Assembly: GCA_965178125.1 (NCBI GenBank)
Contig: OZ237756.1
Span: 124,001 to 188,000 of the forward strand
Source of the DNA: Bilabrum cf. latius
Lineage: Eukaryota
Direction of reading: 5' to 3'
Length of the DNA: 64,000 nucleotides
The translations under genes were made by a program, and so were the position numbers. Below are positions 24,501 through 36,168 of this stretch, in pieces. Every line of letters begins with the position of its first letter. Positions within the stretch are counted from its first letter, which is position 1. Under the pieces are notes generated by a model. It ran no database searches. It saw only the letters and a program-made list of their open reading frames with translations, and was not told the DNA's origin.

Positions 24501-25596
24501 TACAGGTGCCAACATGGCGCACGAGACCAGTCCGTCTTCCAGATGATCTTCAACACCAAGAACCGCAAGCAGCTGAAACGAACGTTCACCTCGTGGCTGT
24601 GCCCGTATATCCTACGGGACGCGACTGCACTGCTGAAGTCGAGCTCCAGCACGCACGCTGCCGGTATACTGCGCGAAGCAGAAACGATGCACCCGGTAGC
24701 GACAGACGCCTGGGCAAAGTTTGACGAGGACTCTGTAGGCATGAAATACCTACAGAGCTGCATCGGTTTGGACAATTCCCGGATCCTCGGCCCTTCGGCC
24801 ATGCCGGCGATAGCACGGAGCACCTGGCGAGGCCGAGACGGCCGCCTCATCCTACGATGGCTCACTGGGCGTTACCCTCGGGAAGGGACCATGCACCACA
24901 GAGGAGAACGCTCGGTACAGGCCGAGATGATGCGCGCGGAAGCCACGCACACGGACGTACCCTGGGCACCCACGGCAGTGGGGAGAGCACTATGGATGGA
25001 ACACGTCAAAACGGAGCAGGTGCTGACACAGGAACACCGAGGGGACGCAGACTCCTTGGAGCTCTCTATCGTCCAAGGCACCCTCGAACAACTCCAAGAA
25101 CGGTGCCGACGTGCAATCCGACGCTTGTAGCAGAGGGCCAATGAGAGCTTCGGACGAGCCATTGAGGGGTTGTAGTCCTGCCAACTGTGCGTAGCTGAAC
25201 AACTCAGCTCGGGCAGCCCAACAGCCCGAGACCTTGCAATCCGAGCCCACCCGCTCGGACACATACTGAATCCCTCCGAGAACTAGTTCATCGGAGAGTG
25301 GATGACAGGAACGCTGGGCCGTTGCGCCCTCAGCAAGGAGCTTCAGGTGCTAGAACGCATCTGGGCGAAGGGAACGGCAAGGCTAGCACGCTCCCGGATC
25401 TGGAGCAGGCAACAAGTCCTAGAGGCGGACTATATGGCGGTCTGGTGGCGAGAGGCTGAACGCCTCACGCCTCGCCAGGCCTTCCTCGCGCATGCTCCCT
25501 CACTGCGGACGTTCGACTGGGTCTGACTCCCAGGAGATCTCAACGCGATGCGCTTAGGACACGGGTCCTAGGCATGTATCGGTCTTAACCAGACCA
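18557..25596 (+). mobile_element. Non-LTR retrotransposon (APE endonuclease + reverse transcriptase); boundaries approximate
   Basis: Encodes APE and non-LTR RT domains and is visibly A/C-richer than host genes. ACTATTT at 18550-18556 and 25597-25603 is a candidate target-site duplication. Confidence 0.85.
18885..25526 (+). CDS. Single retrotransposon polyprotein (about 2213 aa): unknown N-terminal region, APE, RT, C-terminal Cys/His region
   Basis: One frame with 16 in-frame TAGs and no TAA/TGA until 25524. APE motifs HLNVN, LLFMTE, GCYNP, IGDLN and S*DHSP. RT motifs AIK*LKSGKATGPSG, SQFGF, GDLKAAFDRV, GTCQGDPISP, YADD and YLGF. CQLC...H near the C-terminus. First in-frame ATG is 18885, though the frame is open further upstream. 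Confidence 0.88.
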
Positions 25597-25777
25597 ACTA
25601 TTTCTTCAGAGGCCTTTTCAGGTCCTGACTGGCTCCGCCAACGCGGGTACAGCTGGGTCCCCTGTTAAGGTGCGCGTTACTTTGGTGGCAGTCCTCGGAT
25701 TGTCTCTGGTATTGAATTGCGTGCGAAAACTCTATTTTCTCTCTCTCTCTCTCGTCGCACTCGCACCGATCAACTAG

Positions 25778-26539
25778 AGGTTCAAGAAGGGAGCACGCGA
25801 GGGGGAACGCACCGGACCTGCGAAACCCGTGGGCTCGGACTACCAGGATGAGACTGCCTGGGTCAGGGGAGCATTCAGGAAGCACAGGGAGGTTCATTTG
25901 GAGGTGCCTCCGCACCGGAGGATGGCTGGTCGTATCCCCACGGGGGCGACGGGGAACCCAGTGAAGACGCTGAAAAATCCCAAAACGGTGATCTTTCGGG
26001 ATTTTGTGATCCAGCCTTCAGGCAGGATCGGAGATGGAGCCAGAGGGGTCCTCAAGCTGCTAGCACGCATCAGGCGTAAGCGGCTCGGGAAGAATGGGAG
26101 CAAGTCAGTGGATGCCCAGGTCAGGTTCTGGGCTCGGGATATCGCCAGGTTGGTCGCCATGCGGAACGCAGCTTTCACGAGCAAATTTAACCTTAACGCT
26201 TGTGAGCTGCTGAAGCAGAGGGAGGCAACCGGCGCACAGGGAGCGGCCGCAGCAGGAGCTGGTGGTCAGGTGGGAGAGCTGGCAGCGGGAGTTGCGCAGC
26301 TAGGAGTGGCACTACAGCAGGCTGGTGGAGCTGGTGGTGCGTAGGGTTTGGATGCAGCTGGAGCGCCAGCTGTGCCCGCAGTACCTGCTGCAGCTGCAGT
26401 AGGAGCTGAGGGTGCAGCACCGGACGAGGCGGCTGATCCGAACGCAATCGAACACGAAGGCATCGCGAACGCAGATGGACCGCAAGCAGCGCAACTCCCC
26501 CACGGAGGAGCGGCCCAGCTTGCGGAGCCCATGGCGTGA
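25778..26539 (+). CDS. Coding segment resembling the C-terminal half of a restriction-like endonuclease (RLE) of non-LTR elements, plus Ala/Gly-rich tail
   Basis: IFRDFVIQPSGRIGDGARGVLKLLAR...FWARDIARLVAMRNA resembles the RLE pattern F.P...E..G..G...L...RLS..LQRGNA. TAG 26342 reads through to TGA 26537-26539. Preceded by a pyrimidine tract and AG at 25776-25777. Confidence 0.5.
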
Positions 26540-26886
26540 GCTTGCTGATCCGTTCGACCTGCCCAGTGCGATTGCCTCTTGGGGTGGTCGTTGTAGTTGG
26601 GTAGTGTGTGCTTTGACTCAGACATATTATATTCTCTCTCTCGTCGAAAACAGAAAATCAGCTTTAGCAGGTTCGGTGAGGTGGATATGGTTTATTTGTT
26701 GGACTTGTACGATAAATTACACGCTAAAAATCCTGTATGCATCTCCAGTCCTAACATGCTCCTTTTCAGAGGCTGCATGCCCACTGCAAGAAACGTGTCT
26801 CAGATCCTAGATATATGCCGATTTGTGTCTCGTCTTCAGAACTGAGCGCAGCAACTCACTTTATTAAGCGGTTGAACGCGTAGAAC

Positions 26887-29085
26887 ATGTCTGGTAGGAG
26901 CCCGTAGAAAGATGAAACGCCTGCCCGAAGCTCTGGTGGTGCTGGACAGGTTGTGGGTGGACCTGAGGAGCATTTCACGGCATTGGTTGCTGACTACAAC
27001 GAGCTTCCGACGTATCCACGGAGAATCAGTTATAAAGAATACCACACCCGCCTCAGACCCGCGTCTCAGGTGGTGGTGTTCAACGGCTGTCCCACGGATC
27101 CCCACAAGCCTGCGAGCGTGCCAATCTATCAGACGGCTACGTTCGTGCAGCCGAGCTCGACGGAATTCGGGGCCTTTGACTACACCAGGTCCGGAAACCC
27201 CACCCGCATCGCCCTCGAGAAGCACGCTGCCATGCTGGAGAGCGCGCACGCAGCCTTCGCATTCAACAGCGGCATGGCTGCCCTCAACTGCGTCACCAGG
27301 CTGCTCACACAGGGCGACGAGCTCATCGTGGGGGCCGACATATACGGGGGCATGCACAGGCTGGTGTCCCGGGTGACCTCACTGCAGGGCGTCACCGTGG
27401 CATTCGTGGACACCACCGACCTGGCCAAAGTGGCGGCCGCCATTACGCCCCGCACCCGCCTCGTGCACATCGAGAGCCCGACGAACCCCCTCATGCAGAT
27501 CACGGACCTCCGGGCACTCGCCTCTCTCCTGCACGAGAGGGGGGTCCTGCTCTCCGTGGACTGCACGATGATGACCCCCTTGCTCATGAAGCCTCTGGCC
27601 CTGGGCTGCGACGTGGTGGTGCACTCCGCGACCAAGTACTGGGGGGGACACTCGGACTGCATGGGGGGGCTGCTGGCGGTTGCAACCGAGAAACTCGCCA
27701 ACAAGATCGCCTTCTACCAGAACGCCGAGGGCACCGCGCTCGCTCCCTTCGACTGCTGGCTGTTCCTCCGCGGCATCAAGACCATGGCCATTCGCCTGGA
27801 GAAGGCCCAGTCCAACGCCGAGAGAATCGCCGAGTGGCTGAGGAGACATCCGCGGGTCACCACCGTCAACTACGCGGGCCTGGAGCCGCTCTCCGCGCAG
27901 GACGCGAAGGCGCTGATCCTGGCCAAGAGGGAGGCCCTGACCCGCGCGAGGGTGGGCAGAGTGGCGGCCCTGAGGCGGACAAAGTCGGGAACTTTCGTGC
28001 CTGGCTCTCCGTGGCCTGTGCAGGAGGCGGGTGAGGAGGATGGGGGGAATGGTGCTGGGGCGGGGGTCGCTCGGCGCAGCGAGGAGGAGGAGGAAGAAGT
28101 CGAATGGCACGTGGCTGACCCTGCCTCGCTGCACCCGTTGCCCAGCGATGACGTGCTGGAGGCAGCGGCCCGACGGGCGGCCAAGGCCCGTGCGATCCAC
28201 GTGTCGCAGGCAAGCGGCGGCGGCGCGGTGATGAGCTTCACGACAGGCAATGTGGACACCTCCCGCCGAGTGGTGGACGCCCTGCGCATCTTCAAGATCA
28301 CCGTGTCCTTCGGCAGCTGCAACTCTCTGGTGGAGATGCCGGTCACTCTGTCCCACGCGTCCATCGCCAAGGACAAGAGAACCCTTCCAGAGGACCTGGT
28401 CCGGTTGTCCGTGGGTATCGAGGACGCGGAGGACCTCTTGGCTGACCTCAAGCAAGCGTTTGAGCTGGCGTGCAACCCAGCCGTGCCAGACGTGCAGGCT
28501 GTGGCGAGGCAGAGGAGGAACTCGGACGCCGTGTTCGTGTTCGGAGACGCCGCCCAGGGAGGGCAGGGGCAGGGGTCGCAGGGTTCGCAAGGGCAGGGGC
28601 AGGACGGGGATTCGAAGGAGAAGGAGGGTGCGGGGGAACAATCGGAGGCTGGGCGGACTGCGGGGGGGGGTGCACTCGGGGCTGCTTCGGGCGGTGCCGG
28701 TGGAGGAGATGCACCTGCGGCCAGCGGGAGTGGGAAGGGCGGGGTAATTGCTGCAACTAATGATGGCGAGGCCATGGCTGCAGGACGGGAAGAGGCTCTG
28801 GTTGGGCTTACAGGCGGGGGCAGCGGGCAGGGCACTCCCACGAAGATTCGGTTTGCGCCGTCCGCCGAGATGGTTGGGTACGGCGACGGGGTTGGCAGGA
28901 AGGGGAGAGCTGCTGGGGCAGGTGCGGGGTAGGACGGGCACTGGGAGGCCGGGCTTGAGGTGGGCAGCACTTGGCGGGCCGCGGGGCTGCTGGCGTTCGG
29001 GCTGGCGGCGGGGTGGATGGCTGCGAGCCTGACGCAGAAATGGAGGGAAGGACGAAGGTCTGGTGGCCCAGGGAGCTCCAGGTGA
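26887..29085 (+). CDS. Cystathionine beta-lyase / Cys-Met metabolism PLP-dependent enzyme with insertion and C-terminal extension
   Basis: Motifs PIYQTATF, YTRSGNPTR, ESPTNP, HSATKYWGGHSD (PLP Lys) and LVRLSVGIE. ATG 26887 with TAG at 26905; TAG 28930 reads through to TGA 29083-29085. Confidence 0.9.
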
Positions 29086-29421
29086 CGCTGGAGCAGACCG
29101 GCTGAACAGGTATTTGCATGCATGGGTTTTCGTTGAGCGTCATGTAGTTTCATTAGAAGGGCAGGCCTTGGTGACGTTTCTCTTCGGCGACGTCTGTATC
29201 AATCAATTGTGACGTGGGGTTTGCTATTGGTCGGCGTTCCGACATTTTCTGGAGGTGTCACGCTTCATTGCAGCGATTGCGATTTGTCTCGTAGACCACG
29301 CAACGATCAGCACCTTTTTGCTACAACTGTTCTATAATTGACCTGGTCGGAGAGGCGTGATATCGAGAACGTTGAAGTATCGACACTTTGCAAATAGAAA
29401 TCTATCACACCGCTGGATTTC

Positions 29422-32400
29422 ATGCTACTCAACCAACCAGCCAAGAAATAGGCTGAGCAGCGCCCCGCCCCGCCGCTGCAGGTGTTTGGTATCCACCCAA
29501 TGGTATGGGTGGCTGCAGTGCTTCTGATCGGCCTGGCAATTACAGCAATAGTCTCTGTAGTTGTCGAAGATGCAGCTCGAAACGCCAATCTAGATACTTT
29601 GCTCGAGCGTGCGCGAGTTCGCGTGAAAGGGTTGGCATATGAATTCTACGGACACATTGATGAGCTCGCAGCATTTCGGTCTGCACTAGAAGGTACCGCA
29701 GACAGCCACGAGTTCCTAGGTTCCAGGCCTTGGGCTCCAGAAGCAGTGGCGATGTCAATACGAGATCTAAACCCTGGCCGCATAACCGCCACAGCATTTC
29801 TAAAGGAAGTGGATCGGGTCCATATTGATGCTCTTGAGCTGCAGCTGGACCAAGCATTCCCCAACATGGTCCGCAAGCCGAATCCCTTCGAGCTCAATGT
29901 ATTTGCACCTGGCGGTGGCTTTGAGCTCTTGTCAGAAACGAACGAAACAAGGCTGCAAGACAGAAGAGTTGCAGCAATCGGGACAGCGGGCAGGTACAAT
30001 GCGTCCACAACGTTCTCAAAGGGAAGGGACCTCGCTTCCGATGACATGAGGTACGCCCTCATCGAGGCAGCCGCTCGGTATCGCACACAGGCCGTCTCTC
30101 CTCCCAACATCGTCACCACGCGGCTGGGAAGGCGCCGTGGGCTCGTGGTCATCGACCCCGTGTACTCCCACGACGGGCTCACGCGGTGGAGCGCCCTGAA
30201 GCTGCTCCCCCAGGACGTGGACGTGGCAAGCATCGCGGGGGAGGTGGCGCCTGGTGTGAATCGGATCACCAGCCCGCAGCATGTTGCGCAGCAGCACGCG
30301 CACAGCGCCAGCGACGCATGCGGGGCCATCTTCAGGTCCACCTGCCTGCCCTTCAACACGACTCGAAGCGGGGCTCTGGCTGCCTACAACCAGAGCCTCA
30401 TCGACGTCCGAGAGGGCAGAAGGGAACACCCCCTGGAGCCGTGCAGCAGCAGGTGCGCGGACGGGCATTTGCTGCGGGGTCACGTGGTGGGGGCGTTCTT
30501 CTTCGATGCGATCGCGAACCAGGCGCAGGTGCTGCGGGACGGGAAGTCGCCTCTGGCCATCTACAGCGAGGACGTGACGGATCTTGTACGGGCGGGGGAG
30601 GGGCAGGACGGCGGATACGCTGCAGCCGCCATCGAGGGGGGACTGGTTAGCGGTGACCCCGGGTCGCCCTACGAGCGGCTGCAGCTGGGTGCGGGGGCGC
30701 AGCCGCCTGCTCATAGCTTGCCGCCCGGGCTCGGCGAGTTCCAGTTCGGCCTAAAGGACGGCGAGGACGTTGGTCTGGCTGGGAGCGACGAGGCGCAGGA
30801 GGCGGTAGTGTCCTTCCTGCGAGAGAGGGCGAGAGAGGACAGCAGGCAGGTGCTTGGTTTCCTCCTCCCGGTGGGGAACAGGGTGTGGTCCATCCACGTG
30901 GCGGGTACGGACGAGTTCTTCGACAACTTGGGCAGGCGAGCCTTCGTGGCTCCTTTGCTGGCGGGCGTGCTGGTGTCTTTCCTGGTGTCTGCCATGCTGG
31001 GAGCCATGTACTTCTCTTTCAGACACCAGCAGATCCAGGACCACGAGGCGGCGAGAGTGCTGCGGCTGAAGGCCGAGCAGCATGCGCACGAACGGCTTGT
31101 GTCGTTCATCGTGCACGAGCAGCGCAATCCCCTGCACCTGTGCAGCGGCAGCCTGGGCATGCTGAAGGACGGCATGCAGAGCGCGGAGCAGGCGCTGGTG
31201 GGTGCCATGGGGGCGGTGCAGGCGATGGAGGAGAAGCAGGCCATGGCGGGGGCCAGGTGCGACCATGCAGTGGGCAAGTTGATCGAGGCCATGGGGGGGC
31301 TGCGAGAGGCAATGGCTGGGACAGGGGCAAGGGAAGCGGAGCAGACACAGCACAGTGCGCCAGTGGCTGCGGCTGGCCATCAATTGGATGCATCTGCACA
31401 GGTGATATCATCTTCCATTGCCTAGTAGGCACTGCGCGAGCTGGGAGGTGCTCGCCAGGCCTTGGTGGAAGCCATGGGTGGGGCAAGGAGCACTCGGGTG
31501 TGGCTCGGGCAGGCAGGGCTGGAGATAGAGGCCAGTAAGGGTGATGTAGGGACCGCAGACCAGGGCACAGAGACCCTGCATCGGCTGGTGAACGACATGC
31601 TGGACCTCAGCAGGCTGAGGCAGGGCAAGCTGCCCGTGACAGTGGCACCGGTCGACCCCCGTAGGTTGATCAAGGCAGCGGCCTCTAGCCACCAGACGTT
31701 TGCCCAGGTGCCTCTTCGGTTCCACATCTCCGCCGCGGTGCCCTCTGTGATCCTCGCTGACTCAGTTAGGATCACGCAGATCCTGGCCAAGTGAGTCCAT
31801 GTGACGCGGGCCAACTGCTGCACCCGCGGCATTGTATTGTGGAGACTGCTTCATCCGACTGCCGTCAATTTGTCTTCCTGCTTCACGTACTGCTCTTGCT
31901 TGCATTTCTGTGTTCACTCTACCACCGCAGCGGGCTGACGAACGCGGCCAAGTTCTGCACCAAGGGGTACATTTTGCTGGACCTGGACATCCGGCTCAGG
32001 GCGGTGCCCCGGGAGGTGCTCGAGGAGGAGGTGAGGTCGAGCCAGCTGGCTAGGAGGTACCTGGCACAGGGCGCAAGTAGCCCCAGGGTGTCAGGGACAG
32101 TGTCTGAAGAGGACCATGGCAGGTCGGGTGGTCAAAAGAGGGGCTGGAGGCAGCATGCCGTCGGGGACAGAGGGTCAGCCAATGATGCAGTACCGATAGC
32201 TTCCATGCTGCGGTGGGTGGCAGGCGAAGAGCAAGGCGCAGATGGGAGCGAGCACAGCGGTATGTCTGGTGCTCACGATGCCCCTGACGGCGGTGGAGTG
32301 ACCTGCGGATGTGAGGGCTAGTGCGGCAGTGGCCTGGGATCCAGGCGTTCCTCAGGCGGGGAAGGCGCGACAGGGCTGCAGGAGCTGATGCATGAGTAGT

Positions 32401-34301
32401 TGCAGTCGTGCGAAGATGCTTGCGGAGGCAAGGCAGGGGCAGGAGCTGCCATTTTGCGTGCATCTGACGTGAGAAGATGCAGGGCAGACCGTCCACTGGC
32501 GGCGCAGGTGATTCGGAACGTGAGGGCCGCATGTCGGTGGGGCGATGCCGAGGCACGCGTGGGGTCGGTGGGGCTGGTCATGGCCAGCGTGCCAAGTGTC
32601 ATGGATCGGGTGGTAGATCGGGGCTCGCTATTGGGCGGGCTGGCAGGTCAACGAGACACCACGCGAAGCACGAGCCGATCTAGGACATCCCAGGGCACGA
32701 AAGCGGCCGGCTCGAGTGACGGTATCGGCCATCTTGCGCGTGTAGAAATGGGCGGCGCGGGCGAAACGCATTTCCAACCCAAGCCATCTGCCAGCGCACT
32801 TGCAGACAGACTCGGACACCCGCTCACGTCTGCCTCGTATGAGCCAGACAACTTTGACTGGATGCCTGGTGACACAGACAGGCATGGCAGCGTGCCTGAT
32901 ACAAGCGCCCGTCAATCCCAGGCACGTGATGTGCTGCCGCGCCGGAGCAAGTAGCGATCAGCAGGGTCAGAGACCCACGATATGGGGGCAGGCGAATAGA
33001 GCCCCGGCTCCGACAGCGAGCTGGAGCTGGAGACCGACGAGCGTAAGCTGCTGACCGAGTGGGGCGGCGAGTCTGTGCACCTTGTGCCCATGCTGGTGTT
33101 CAGGGTGATCGACACAGGGAAGGGACTGGGGAAAGGCAGGGCTCGAGAGGGGAACAAGTCGTTGTTCAACGCGTACACGACGGGCGAGACGAAGCAGGAC
33201 CGCAGCGCGATCGTGTCGTCTGCCAGCAGCGAGCACTCTCACTCGGACGATTCCTCGAGCGCCTCGGGCAGAGAGTAGTCCAGGGACCGGTCCACATCCC
33301 GCAGCGTGTCTCAGTCTGTAGGCGACGTAGACGCGTCCACTGACTCGGACGATGCATCGAAAGATACCTACAGCCCCAAGGCGCCGGATGGGAGCGCCAG
33401 CTCGGTGGCCAAGCAGAAGGGCTCGGGGCTTGGGCTAGCCATGGCGCAGGAGCTGACCAAGCAGATGGGCGGGACCATCGAGTTGAGGACGGAGAAGAGG
33501 AGGAAGAGGACCGTGCTGGAGGTGGCGCTGCCGCTGCGGCCCCCGTGGCGCGTGATCCGCAGGATGGAGGCCGGGGCGGTGGCTCGCCTGCCCACCGAGC
33601 TGGACACTATGCGGCAGCACAGCTTGGCGGAAGAGGCGCGCGCGCTGCACCGGGCTCTGGACGTGCTTGCACAAGGAGACCAGCGTGATGCACTGAGTGC
33701 TTGCTCTGCGAAGGCAATCCACAGTCGCAATCCTGCGTCGAAGGCAGAGCCGTACCAAGGCGCTGTTGCTTCATAGGAATTGGGAGAAGGGCCGCGTGAG
33801 GTTTTTGCACAGGGAGCGCCTGCCGAGGGAGTTGACCAATCTAAGGGTAGCACCACCAGCACGTCACCGCATGATGCGGCGGCAGGCAAAGCAGTCATGT
33901 CCTAGTCTGTTGCAAGGGCAGGGTCATCGTCGTCGGAAGGGTACTGGAGGAAGCACGAGCACCCGGTGAAGCAATCACGGCCGTCTACAGGCTCGAATGG
34001 AGGTGGCAAGCAAGGAGGAGAGCATCCCAGCAGCTCCGGTGATGGTGCTTGGTCGCAGTCAGGGTCGGGGTAGGGAACGAGTCGTAGCAAGCAGAGCTCC
34101 GCGGATCGCGCTAGAGAGCCAGACGCAGAGGCTGAAGCTGGTGCGAGTGGTGACCGCACTCTGTCCAAGAGGAAGCAAGCGGTCCTTCGTGCGCTGCAGT
34201 GTCTCCTGCAGATGCGGCAGTCCATGCAGTCTGAGAATGGAAGTTTTGCCCCGGGCAATGGCAGTCTTGGGTCTGGGAGAGAGGCCTCTCCTGTGTCGGC
34301 G

Positions 34302-34335
<34 letters not shown>

Positions 34336-35921
34336 GTGCTGGTAGTGGTGGTCAGGTGAAGGACGCCCAGTTCATGGCGACCTGCCTGTCGGCGCTGCCC
34401 GATGCGTTGCGGGATGGATTGCTGGTGCACATGCGATCATGGTCTGGCAGGGCAGATGAGAAGAAAAGACATGGGCAGAAGCAGGTTTTCTCTGTTCCGA
34501 GCGCAGTGGCCCGATGGAGCGGGCGGGGGGGACAGCCACCAGATGCTCGTCGTCCTGAGGATTTGCCGCATCCTGCAGTCTCGGGCAGGGAGGCAGAAGC
34601 AGCTAGATCTACTGGCATGGCAGGGGCGACGGGTCTACTATCGCCGTCAGGACCGCCGCTATCTAGCGAACACCTTGATGCATCTAATGATATGCAGACA
34701 GGTGGTGCAGCTGGTCGGCCACCTCGCGGTGAGCACCGACACAGTCTGCAGAGCGCTCTGAGCCGAGCATACCAGGATGGCATGCAGGCCGATGGGACAA
34801 CACCTGCATCAAGGCACTCAGTGAGCGATTGGAACTCCGTGTTCGGAGCAGGCATCCTGACACCCATCGGTCTGGCTGAGAGATCCACCACGCAGGCAGG
34901 TGCTGAGATGCGGCGGCATGTGTCCTGGGCCACGAGCCAGGCGAGCTCCAGTCTTGCCGATGGAGAGAGCACTGGCACGGCAGTTGGCAGCAGCAGACAC
35001 ACGCACAGCTCATCTCCGTCCGCCACGCCTGGGCAAGCAGCACCTGCTGGACCCCTCTCTGGGCTGCATGTGCTGGTGGTGGACGACGAGCGGGCACTGC
35101 GCAGAATGGCCACCCGAATGCTGCAGCGGCTGGGGGCCACGTCAGAGGCGCTGGATGATGGAAAGCACGTGCTGCGGGTGCTGAGGAAGCGGGGGCAGGT
35201 TCCATTGAGGACAAGCGGGAAGGGGGCATAGAGCAGCACCACGGTCTTGTCGCGAGAGGGCTCGGATGCGGGATCGAGCCAGGCGTCTGCGGCGCCTGGC
35301 CCTCGGTTCGACTTGATCCTGATGGACATCGTGATGGTGCACTCCAGGGGCACGGACGTGTGCAAGCACCTTTTGGAGGCGGGCTGCGTGGTGCCGATCT
35401 TCGCCATGACGGCCAACCACGATGCTTGGAATCTGCCCGGGTACAGGGAGGCAGGGTTCTATGGGCTGCTGCCCAAGCCGTTCTCGCAGGGCCTTGTGAG
35501 GACGAAGCTTCTGGCCTTGCGTGAGAGCGGGGTGCTTGAGGCCGCCAGAGGAGAGGAAGAGGGGCGGCGGGGCGTGGGGCTGGATGAGCTGTGGGGGGCG
35601 AGGGACCCTCGGCTGTACCCGCGCAGAAGTAATGATGCTGCTGATGATGATGAAGCTGCGGGGGCATAGGGAGCTAGCGATGGGTTGGGCAAGCCTAATG
35701 GGGAGGACGAAGATGAGGCTGCAGTTTGGCCAGGCGCTGTCCAGGTGAAGGTGCAGGCTCAGACAGGTCCAGTGTCAGGTGCGGAGGGTGCGTCATCACT
35801 TGCACCTGCACCAGCGGCTGAGCAAGAGGGTGGGGCAAAGAGCAAGAAGGGACGAGGCAGGCGGGTGGTCCGAAAGAAGAAAAAGAAGGAGAAGGGTGCA
35901 GAGGGCGAGGGCGCAACCTGA
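29422..35921 (+). CDS. Membrane hybrid histidine kinase: TM-CHASE-TM, HisKA, HATPase, receiver
   Basis: CHASE-like GRDLASDDMR...GLVVIDPVY; H-box FIVHEQRNPL; N-box QILANGLTNAAKF spanning intron 31791-31930; G1 VIDTGKGL; G2 GSGLGLAM; receiver VLVVDD, DLILMDIVM, AMTAN and PKPF. Pieces are joined only by TAGs, including tandem TAG TAG at 31423-31428. Stop is TGA 35919-35921. Confidence 0.9.
34303..34333 (+). repeat. (GCT)n trinucleotide repeat (poly-Ala in the kinase linker)
   Basis: Directly visible. Confidence 0.85.
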
Positions 35922-36168
35922 GCACGTTTGTTACCTGAATTTCCGGTTATTGAATACTGGGCATTGTTTCCGGGGTTATCCTGAGCTCAGTACACGTTGT
36001 AAGCATAAACGTAGTGCATATTTTTGCGGAGTTTATCAGCTATTTTGCTCGGATTCAACGCGAATCGCAGCCCCGGTTTCCAGTAGCACATCACCAGCAG
36101 CGATATAGGTGCTGGATCAAGTGCTCTCCCCAGTGCCATGCCACGGCTTGCCATGCCTTGCCTTGCCA

